64,000 nt of DNA, taken from Dudresnaya verticillata. Lineage: Eukaryota. The stretch lies in the NCBI GenBank assembly GCA_977862235.1, contig OZ374565.1, positions 2,294,001 to 2,358,000 of the forward strand, read 5' to 3'. Made by a program: the position numbers and the translations under genes. Numbering within the stretch: position 1 is the stretch's first letter; each line of letters starts with the position of its first letter. The notes beneath the pieces are model-generated. The model saw only the letters and a list, made by a program, of their open reading frames with translations, had not been told where the DNA came from and did not search any database. This document shows positions 1 through 8,075 of this stretch, one piece after another.

Positions 1-2178
1 CCTCCCACGAGCTTGCGCATGCAAGCCTCAATCTTCTGGTCGAAGAGCTCGGCGCCCTTTGCCGTGGCGGATGATGGAACTACTCGCAGCAGGTAGTTCA
101 GCCGGCAGACTCCGGCACAGTTGCGGAGTAGAGTGATGGCCACGTGTAGGTCTTCTAGTCCCGAAATTGCGTCCAGCAGGGGCTGGATGGACTCGACATG
201 GCCATTCACGCTCTCCTCCATGTAGTTCTGCGTTCCAATCGGAGCCTGAAGTACTGTAGTGCCTTCTCCGTAGCTCTGCCCAAGATCCGACGGGTAGGCA
301 GCGCAGTCTTCTGGGTCGGGTGCAGTAGGCCACCAAACAGTACACTTGTCCATGCGCAGGTGGAAGCCATAGCCCTTAGCTTCCTCGGAGTCAAAGAAGG
401 ACAGAACCTTCCTGAGTACGGCGTGTTTCGCCACGATGACGCCGTCGTCCAGGTAGAACAGTGACAGCAGCAAGTTGTTCGCCCCCTCCGCTTGCTGATT
501 GCGGCCCGAGCGCCGCAGGTCGGCGGTGAGTTCCTTCAACTGTTTGATCAGTGCCTGCAGCACCAAAGCAAACAGTAACGGCCCGAGCGGGTCACCTTGC
601 TGTACACCAGTGACACTCCGCAGTAGAGTGTCACCCATCCACAGGTGCGGGCCCTCAGAGTCATAACAGTATCTGACCCACGGTAGTAGTTCAGGCATAT
701 GTCGGCGGACCTCCTTCATGAATGCTTTGCGGCTGACAAGGTTGAAGGCATTCTTCAAGTCCACTTGTAGCAACCCGTAGGACTTGTCATGGCCGTGAGA
801 CTTCTGCAGCTTCCGGACCGCGTGTACAATGGCTTCTGTGCCGCCCGAGGTTGCGACCCCGAGCTGAAGCGGTTCGAGGTATGCCTTGGCCTTGGGAGCG
901 ACTCTGGTCATGAGCATAGAGCTCACGAGTCGTCGGATTGTCTCTCCTACAGCAATGGGGCGGACACCGCCGGTGCGCTTCTTCAGAGCCGTGAGAGGAG
1001 CGCTGGCAATCCAAGGCGACAGCTCCGCAGGTCCTGCGCCGCTGGCCAGCACGTTGACCATTTTGGTGAGCCCGCCAAGCAGGCCCGTGTGCTCGTGAGT
1101 GGTCGGGACTGAGAGCAGTTCCTGCAGATGGGTCGGTGATAGTCCTGTTCCCCCCGAGGCCGAAGCCCGGGGGAACTTGGCCACTGCTTTTCGTACTTCG
1201 TCGGCTGTGAAAGGCACGAAGTCAGGCATGGTCGGCAGCGGTTCGGACTGGTCAAGCTCGTGGTCCGCGTCGGTTTGCGGTACGGACTGCGGGTGCTTGT
1301 CCTTCATGGACTGTATCACAGAGTCTGTGGCTGGGGCGATTCCATCAGAGTCTAGAGCTGCTGCTGCCTTACTGTAGGCGCCCTCCTTTGCAAGGCGAAG
1401 GGCTCGTGAGGCATTGATACGGCGTTGCTCTTCTGCGGAAGGCGCAGTCTGCTCACGGAATGTCGAGCCCTTCAAGGCCTCCTGCCATAGGGCGTCGTAA
1501 TCCTTGAGTCCCCAGCGTCGGATTCGATCGCGGAAGGTGCCGATCGAGGACGCAGAGGTTGACGCGCTGGCCCTTGCACTCGCGGCGGGAGGATTGGACA
1601 AGACGGCTGCTGGAAAAAGCAGGAATGCAGTGAGCTCTTTGGTGGCTTCCTGAGAGTTGGTTGCGTTCGTAAAAGCCCATACCGTCTTGGACAGTGCGTC
1701 GCGCACCTCGGCGCGGACGCGAGACGGTATATGTGTGACCATAGGGATATGCGAGCGACAGATGTCTTCGACCGCCGGCAGAAGCTGCCCTCCTGGACCC
1801 CGCGCAACGGGTGGGGTTTGCGCAGTTGGTACCTCTCGAGTAGCAGGTACCGGTGCAGGAGGCGGCTCCTGGCTGTCCGGGATTCGTCGCGGGGCTGGCA
1901 GGATATCGTCCGCTGGCTCGCCGTCCTCGGGTTGCGTCTCCGTGACCGCGTCCAGAGCAGGAGACTGTGATGGCGCGGCTACAGTTTCTTCACGGCTCGG
2001 TGTCGTCAATTGGTTGGACGGGACGTGGGAGAACGCCGGAGTGCGAGTAGCGGGACATGCGCTGCAATTCTTGTACCGCATACTGTACATGCCTTCACTG
2101 TTCATGCGGGAGCTACAGTGGGTGGGCATGTACTTGTTGTGAGTCACACAGTACCATACTCCATAGTCCAGGAGCTGC
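1..2178 (-). mobile_element. Copy E0: 5'-truncated CRE-like non-LTR retrotransposon (subfamily C), runs off the window start
   Basis: Matches the ORF region of copy E3. Similarity stops at ...GGAGCTGC (2178), followed by GGTCTGAGGT and target duplication CTGAGGTGAG, then the 5S 3' part. Lacks the 5' UTR and the first ~73 codons. Confidence 0.95.
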
Positions 2179-2198
2179 GGTCTGAGGTCTGAGGTGAG

Positions 2199-2229
2199 GG
2201 ATCACTCTGGAATCGCCAGTGCCGAATGT
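2199..2229 (+). rRNA. 5S: 5S rRNA gene 3' fragment (nt 90-120), gene disrupted by retrotransposon insertion
   Basis: GGATCACTCTGGAATCGCCAGTGCCGAATGT. The terminal GCCGAATGT is the exact complement of ACATTCGGC at 3319 (helix I). Followed by T runs. Joined to the 89-nt 5' part it gives 120 nt. Confidence 0.92.
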
Positions 2230-2241
2230 TTTTATTTTTTT
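2229..2241 (+). terminator. RNA polymerase III T-run terminator of the 5S gene
   Basis: T-runs separated by a single A, immediately after the 5S 3' end. Confidence 0.85.
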
Positions 2242-3318
2242 GCACCTCATTCCTTCCTCCCCGCCGCCCTCTGCGTACATTGCTGCCTTGCATACCTCTC
2301 CCACAGAATCCCCGACCCACTGCCTCTGTACAGCGTATTCTTTTCACTCGCACTTTTCCCCTTTTCTTGTAAGTGGGAGGGAGTCTGAGAGTGTTTGCAG
2401 GTGTCTAGGGGTTGTTTAGGGTTAGGTCTAGGGTTAGTTTGGTTACTGTGGTACGCGAGGGGCATGATATTGGGAGGGTAAAGGGTCTAGTGTTGGTGCA
2501 TGGAATGAATCATGGTGGTGGAAGGAATGGATCAGTGTGGTGGATGAATTGGATTTAGGGACATAGAATTGGATTAGATTTAGTACCCAGAAGATTGGAT
2601 CAAGGATCACCACAATCGGATCAAGTCTGGTGGCTGGGGTGAGGGTGGCTTGGACGTTTGTGCTCATAACTTTGGAACGGCTGGGGCTAGGGAGCTGCTC
2701 AGTAGCTGAATCGAAGCGTCTCGTTGCTGCGCATTGCGTAGCGCTCTTACCCTCCTAAATCGACTTTTTGGCGCGTTTCTATGGTGCAAAACGTCCCCAC
2801 GGGCCGTCGGCAGCTTTTGAGCAGATCAAATAGGGGTTTGGGGCATGTATGGTTATGGGTGGGTTTAGGGGTGTTAGGGATGTGTCATTTTAACGCGTTT
2901 AGGAGTGTAGGGAGTGGGAATGAAAGTAGTAAGGATGAGGAAATGGAAAGGGAAGGATGAGAAAGTATAGTACAATGCAGTAATACAAATCACGGAATGC
3001 ATCAGGTTGGGATCCAATAAGGGTGGATGGATTGGATCAACGGAAGTCAAGGCGTTATAGGATTGGATCTAGGGGCTCTGTAAATTAGATTGGGTGCTGG
3101 TTTCATTGAACCAAGGGGTCAGAACGTCCATGAGCTGGTTGACTGTATTTATATTGAATCCTGCGTTTAGAGTAAATGGTATACGGTTATGGGTCATTAC
3201 TTTAATGCTCCACGTGTACACTACAGTCGGATGGACATTGGACGCAGGAGTCTTTAGTCGATGACGGGGAGTGCAGTTGATGGCGCATTTAAATAGGGGT
3301 ACGGCGGGAACAGCAAGC
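2230..3318. other. 5S rDNA non-transcribed spacer (1089 bp; unit length 1209 bp)
   Basis: Lies between a 5S 3' end and the next 5S 5' start. Repeated apparently identically at 49813-50901. Confidence 0.88.
3288..3295 (+). promoter_or_regulatory. TATA-like element ~-30 of the 5S gene
   Basis: TTTAAATA at -31..-24 relative to 5S +1 (3319), the usual position for 5S upstream TATA-like elements. Confidence 0.6.
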
Positions 3319-3407
3319 ACATTCGGCCATACTACGCAGACATGCTCCGTATCCCATCCCGAACTGCGAAGATAAGTCTCGTCAGGCTGGTTTAGTACTG
3401 AGGTGAG
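3319..3407 (+). rRNA. 5S: 5S rRNA gene 5' fragment (nt 1-89), interrupted after ...AGTACTGAGGTGAG
   Basis: Eukaryotic 5S hallmarks: ACATTCGGCCATAC start, loop C CCCATCCCGAAC, GAAGATAAG, loop E TTAGTA. Helix IV GTGA-G|GGA-TCAC is completed by the 3' fragment. Confidence 0.93.
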
Positions 3408-3508
3408 TTCAACTTTATAACAGGTGATCATATTCTAATATTTTTCGACGTACAATCTACTCTAGTATCACACCAAAGTTAAACCCCAACTCAAGACAAC
3501 TTGCACAT

Positions 3509-6500
3509 CTACACCTCCTGTTGGATCCCTTCCATCAGGCACTTGACGTTGTTCTGCACCAGTCGCGCCGCGTGCCTGTGGAACAGAGCCGCTCGCGAAA
3601 CACCGCGAGTTACCATGGCCCGAGAAGCCACGGTATCCGCCAACTCTTGCATATACTTGTGCGCCTCCGGGTGCCAGCCACCTAGTGTGGTCATCGGCAC
3701 CGGCACAAGTCTTGCCCCCGGTCCGGCAGCCTGGATGAAGCCACGGTAAGTCCGCACCTTGTCAGCGTGGGCGTTCTTCAGCGTCCCTTGCGGGTTTGTT
3801 ATGCAGCTGAGAATGCGTTGTTCTGACGACAGTGGATGACTGATTGTGACGTCCAGGTAGTCCGTTCCTCCTTCTGTTCCAAGCGCCTTGATGTCCGGCC
3901 GATCCAGGTGAGCCCCCACAGGGCGGGGCTCCACAGTCGGGGTGCGTGTCGCACGTTTCAGATCCGAAGCCAGCAGACGAACCTGAGAGTCGTGGCGCCA
4001 CGACCGAGGAGATCCGCTGTTCCGCATGCCGTTCGGACAAATCAGCAGATGGTCGCCGTGAACATCCATCATCTTCTTGCACCCGGCCCGAGGACACTCC
4101 GTGTCGGGTTCCAGCAGTGGAATCCGACAGTAGAATCGAAGCCATACGCGGTAGTCCCGATCCGCAATGTACGTCTTCATGCCTGGTGCCGGCTGGCACT
4201 TGAGCCAGTCCTTGGCGCCCGGCACGCCAAGGGAAGCTCGGAAAGCTTGAGTCCGCCTGTCCCCGAGCGGCAGCTCGGCCTGCACCTTCTTCAGTACCAA
4301 CCGCGTCAAGTCCCGCTGGCGCGGGCACTCGTCGCTGTCGATCTTCTCCAGGTCCAGGGCATCCTCACTATGGCACTTGGCGCTCCAGTCTTCATGCGCT
4401 TCTACTGCAAAAGGATCATCAGAAAGAGCAGTGTTCACAGAAGCGGGTAAGATAGAACGCAGTAAGTTGCGGGTCAGTGAAAGGGACGCCAAAAACGCGC
4501 TCGAGTTCATGTCGCCAGCTCCCGAAATACCGATTCCGAAGCTGGGATCTTTCGTGCGCAGGGGAAGCTGAAGTTCGCGGAAGGTGTCCCTCGGTAGGAC
4601 TCCTCCCACGAGCTTGCGCATGCAAGCCTCAATCTTCTGGTCGAAGAGCTCGGCGCCCTTCGCCGTGGCGGATGATGGAACTACTCGCAGCAGGTAGTTC
4701 AGCCGGCAGACTCCGGCACAGTTGCGGAGTAGAGTTATGGCCACGTGTAGGTCTTCGAGTCCCGAAATTGCGTCCAGCAGGGGCTGGATGGACTCGACAT
4801 GGCCCTTCACGCTCTCCTCCATGTAGTTCTGCGTTCCAATCGGAGCCTGAAGTACTGTAGTGCCTTCTCCGTAGCTCTGCCCAAGATCCGACGGGTATGC
4901 AGCGCAGTCTTCTGGGTCGGGTGCAGTAGGCCACCAAACAGTACACTTGTCCATGCGCAGGTGGAAGCCGTAGCCCTTAGCTTCCTCGGAGTCAAAGAAG
5001 GACAGAACCTTCCTGAGTACGGCGTGTTTCGCCACGATGACGCCGTCGTCCAGGTAGAACAGTGACAGCAGCAAGTTGTTTGCTGCCTCCGCTTGCTGAT
5101 TGCGGCCCGAGCGCCGCAGGTCGGCGGTGAGTTCCTTCAACTGTTTGATCAGTGCCTGCAGCACCAAAGCAAACAGTAACGGCCCGAGCGGGTCACCTTG
5201 CTGTACACCAGTGACACTCCGCAGTAGAGTGTCACCCATCCACAGGTGCGGGCCCTCAGAGTCATAACAGTATCTGACCCACGATAGCAGTTCAGGCATA
5301 TGTCGGCGGACCTCCTTCATGAATGCTTTGCGGCTGACAAGGTTGAAGGCATTCTTCAAGTCCACTTGTAGCAACCCGTAGGACTTGTCATGGCCGTGAG
5401 AATTCTGCAGCTTCCGGACCGCGTGTACAATCGCTTCTGTGCCGCCCGAGGTTGCGACCCCGAGCTGAAGCGGTTCGAGGTATGCCTTGGCCTTGGGAGC
5501 GACTCTGGTCATGAGCATAGAGCTCACGAGTCGTCGGATTGTCTCTCCTACAGCAATGGGGCGGACACCGCCGGTGCGCTTCTTCAGAGCCGTGAGAGGA
5601 GCGCTGGCAATCCAAGGCGACAGCTCCGCAGGTCCTGCGCCGCTGGCCAGCACGTTGACCATTTTGGTGAGCCCGCCAAGCAGGCCCGTGTGCTCGTGGG
5701 TGGTCGGGACTGAGAGCAGTTCCTGCAGATGGGTCGGTGATAGTCCTGTGCCCCCCGAGGCCGAAGCCCGGGGGAACTTGGCCACTGCTTTTCGTACTTC
5801 GTCGGCTGTGAAAGGCACGAAGTCAGGGATGGTCGGCAGCGGTTCGGACTGGTCAAGCTCGTGGTCCGCGTCGGTTTGCGGTACGGACTGTGGGTGCTTG
5901 TCCGTCATGGACTGTATCACAGAGTCTGTGGCTGGGGCGATTCCATCAGAGTCTAGAGCTGCTGCTGCCTTACTGTAGGCGCCCTCCTTTGCGAGGCGAA
6001 GGGCTCGTGAGGCGTTGATACGGCGTTGCTCTTCTGCGGAAGGCGCAGTCTGCTCACGGAATGTCGAGCCCTTCAAGGCCTCCTGCCATAGGGAGTCGTA
6101 ATCCTTGAGTCCCCAGCGTCGGATTCGATCGCGGAAGGTGCCGATCGAGGACGCAGAGGTTGACGCGCCGGCCCTTGCACTCGCCGTGGGAGGATTGGAC
6201 AAGACGGCTGCTGGAAAAAGCAGGAATGCAGTGAGCTCTTTGGTGGCTTCCTGAGAGTTGTTTGCGTTCGTAAAAGCCCATACCGTCTTGGACAGTGCGT
6301 CGCGCACCTCTGCGCGGACGCGAGACGGTATATGTGTGACCATAGGGATATGCGAGCGACAGATATCTTCGACCGCCGGCAGAAGCTGCCCCCCCGGACC
6401 CCGCGCAGCGTGTCGGGTTTGCGCAGTTGGTACCTCTTGAGTAGCAGGTACCGGTGCAGGAGGCGGCTCCTGGCTGTCCGGGATTCGTCGCGGGGCTGGC

Positions 6501-6997
6501 AGGATATCGTCCGCTGGCTCGCCGTCCTCGGATTGCGTCTCCGTGACCACGTCCAGAGCAGGAGACTGTGATGGCGCGGCTACAGTTTCTTCACGGCTCG
6601 GTGTCGTCAATTGGTTGGACGGGACGTGGGAGAACGCCGGAGTGCGAGTAGCGGGACATGCGCTGCAATTCTTGTACCGCATACTGTACATGCCTTCACT
6701 GTTCATGCGGGAGCTACAGTGGGTGGGCATGTACTTGTTGTGAGTCACACAGTACCATACGCCATAGTCCAGGAGCTGCTGCTTGAGAGGCTCGATGTCG
6801 GTCCTCGTCGGTGGTCCTCGCCTGCCAGGAACATGCATCTTCCGCAGGTGCATGAGTAGCGCTTCTACAGTAGGCAGTGAGGACGACTGGCAGCCCAGAG
6901 GACAGCTGGTACTGTTTGTCGGGCGGTGTTTTGCCGAAGGCATAAAGCATGGAGAGAGCCATACCTTCGGCATGTCGGGGTGCTGCTGACCAATCAT
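3509..6997 (-). CDS. ZnF-RT-CCHC-RLE retrotransposon protein, 1162 aa
   Basis: CCHH finger CPLGC-x13-HLRKMH. RT motifs GGVRPIAVGETIRRL, QVDLKNAFN, GVQQGDPLGPLLF, FYLDDG. CCHC CPRAGC-x9-HLLIC. RLE motifs RHD, RPDI, YLDVTI, DKVRTY. ATG in AACCATG context. Confidence 0.95.
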   Translation of the reverse strand: MIGQQHPDMPKVWLSPCFMPSAKHRPTNSTSCPLGCQSSSLPTVEALLMHLRKMHVPGRRGPPTRTDIEPLKQQLLDYGVWYCVTHNKYMPTHCSSRMNSEGMYSMRYKNCSACPATRTPAFSHVPSNQLTTPSREETVAAPSQSPALDVVTETQSEDGEPADDILPAPRRIPDSQEPPPAPVPATQEVPTAQTRHAARGPGGQLLPAVEDICRSHIPMVTHIPSRVRAEVRDALSKTVWAFTNANNSQEATKELTAFLLFPAAVLSNPPTASARAGASTSASSIGTFRDRIRRWGLKDYDSLWQEALKGSTFREQTAPSAEEQRRINASRALRLAKEGAYSKAAAALDSDGIAPATDSVIQSMTDKHPQSVPQTDADHELDQSEPLPTIPDFVPFTADEVRKAVAKFPRASASGGTGLSPTHLQELLSVPTTHEHTGLLGGLTKMVNVLASGAGPAELSPWIASAPLTALKKRTGGVRPIAVGETIRRLVSSMLMTRVAPKAKAYLEPLQLGVATSGGTEAIVHAVRKLQNSHGHDKSYGLLQVDLKNAFNLVSRKAFMKEVRRHMPELLSWVRYCYDSEGPHLWMGDTLLRSVTGVQQGDPLGPLLFALVLQALIKQLKELTADLRRSGRNQQAEAANNLLLSLFYLDDGVIVAKHAVLRKVLSFFDSEEAKGYGFHLRMDKCTVWWPTAPDPEDCAAYPSDLGQSYGEGTTVLQAPIGTQNYMEESVKGHVESIQPLLDAISGLEDLHVAITLLRNCAGVCRLNYLLRVVPSSATAKGAELFDQKIEACMRKLVGGVLPRDTFRELQLPLRTKDPSFGIGISGAGDMNSSAFLASLSLTRNLLRSILPASVNTALSDDPFAVEAHEDWSAKCHSEDALDLEKIDSDECPRQRDLTRLVLKKVQAELPLGDRRTQAFRASLGVPGAKDWLKCQPAPGMKTYIADRDYRVWLRFYCRIPLLEPDTECPRAGCKKMMDVHGDHLLICPNGMRNSGSPRSWRHDSQVRLLASDLKRATRTPTVEPRPVGAHLDRPDIKALGTEGGTDYLDVTISHPLSSEQRILSCITNPQGTLKNAHADKVRTYRGFIQAAGPGARLVPVPMTTLGGWHPEAHKYMQELADTVASRAMVTRGVSRAALFHRHAARLVQNNVKCLMEGIQQEV

Positions 6998-7766
6998 GGT
7001 TACAGCGCTGGGTAAGGTACCTGTAAAGGTCCTCTACAGTAGGTTCCCTCGGGGCACAGACCTCCTAACCGGGACGCAAGCCTGTCGTCCGTCGTCAGTC
7101 TGTTCGGGACACCTCCAGAGGGTGCTACAGGTGGCCTTGCTGCGAGATGAAGGCCTCTTCGCAGCGTAGGGCGCGAGATCGCGCAATTTGCGCACGAGCT
7201 CGCGCAAAAGGGCGCACGTGTTAGCGTTCGCGCGCAGAGTTATCGGACGTTCCCTTCCCTGCCGCAGCTGAGAAGACTCTCTTCACTGCGGTCCTGTAAC
7301 GCGCGGTACTTCTCGTTTGCACAAGCTCTCAATGGGGTCGCAGAACCACCGTCTACCTGTGAGTGCCCACAGGATTTTTGGCCTCCCCCGAAGGTTCGCT
7401 GGCAGGACGTTCGCTCGATCTTAGAAGGGGTGGTTTCAAAACAGGATCCACCAGGCTTAAGCCACGTTACCCCAACTTCGACGTTGCTTGGCACGTTTCT
7501 GCGATGAGCTTGTGGGTCACGAGCCGCCTACCACTCAAGGTCGAGGGTCTTTGGCGATTCCCACACTTGTAGGTCTCTCGGCACTTCCCGAAGGAAGATT
7601 TTACAGGACAAGCCTGGCCTTTACCAATCTGTCAGTTGAAGGGTGTGAAACCCCTCTGTCGACAGTCCACGGCAGCCTAGACAGAGTCTAGGCTGTGCCG
7701 GGTACAAGCAAAACGCGTACAGGGCCAGGGAAAGAAAGATAAGTCAGTGGGGCCCGGGCAAATTTC

Positions 7767-7784
7767 AAGGTGAGGGATCACCTT
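7767..7784. other. Target-site mimic hairpin in the element 5' UTR (present in every full-length copy)
   Basis: AAGGTGA-GGGA-TCACCTT is a perfect 7-bp inverted repeat. AGGTGAGGGATCAC (7768-7781) is identical to 5S nt 83-96. Confidence 0.8.
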
Positions 7785-7818
7785 AAAAGTAAGCGCAAAA
7801 TAGGAAACGCGTGACCGT

Positions 7819-7861
7819 CGGCGACGACGGCGGCGGCGACGGCGGCGACGACGACGGCGTC
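7819..7861. repeat. Imperfect (GGC/GAC)n trinucleotide tract in the element 5' UTR (all full-length copies)
   Basis: CGGCGACGACGGCGGCGGCGACGGCGGCGACGACGACGGC. Confidence 0.85.
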
Positions 7862-8049
7862 GCGGCGCAGATCGGCGGCGCAAAAAGAGACAAAAGTAGA
7901 CCGCGCTCGCCCGCCCGCGAAGGTGAAGGGCTGAAAAACCCCGCACCGACGCGCCGTCGCGCGCTCGAACAGGCGGCACCGCCGCCGAAAAGATCGGTGC
8001 AGAACTTGTTGAGATATCCGCGAAACAAAATTTTCGGCAGATCGCGAGG

Positions 8050-8075
8050 AGTACTGAGGTGAGTACTGAGGTGAG
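8050..8075 (+). repeat. Inter-element junction: tandemly doubled 5S target sequence
   Basis: AGTACTGAGGTG x2 + AG, matching 5S nt 76-89. Confidence 0.9.

Larger units (their letters stand above)
3408..8049 (-). mobile_element. Copy E1: full-length CRE-like 5S-targeting non-LTR retrotransposon (subfamily A)
   Basis: ~1.05-kb 5' UTR, single 1162-aa ORF and 101-nt 3' UTR. The 3' end abuts 5S nt 89. Confidence 0.95.

Noticed and set aside
3069..3431. 120-aa ORF across the 5S/spacer and other spacer ORFs
   Set aside because: Antisense to the 5S gene, starts inside the element 3' UTR, and has no protein-like features.
3501..6989. Many 60-200 aa ORFs overlapping the long ORF on both strands (repeated in every copy)
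   Set aside because: Shadow frames of a GC-rich coding sequence. They have no motifs, and their lengths change between subfamilies while the 1162-aa frame is invariant.
7790..8049. HDV-like ribozyme at the 5' end, as in R2
   Set aside because: GC-rich hairpins are possible (GCACCGA/TCGGTGC), but I could not build the nested double pseudoknot by eye. A motif search is needed.
3408..8049. Bacterial RT system (group II intron, retron, DGR) or LTR element
   Set aside because: RLE and zinc finger architecture, 5' truncations, variable target duplications and a eukaryotic Pol III 5S context. No LTRs, integrase or intron domain V seen.
8050..8075. CRISPR-like repeat
   Set aside because: These are target-site duplications separated by whole elements, not repeat-spacer units, and there are no cas genes.
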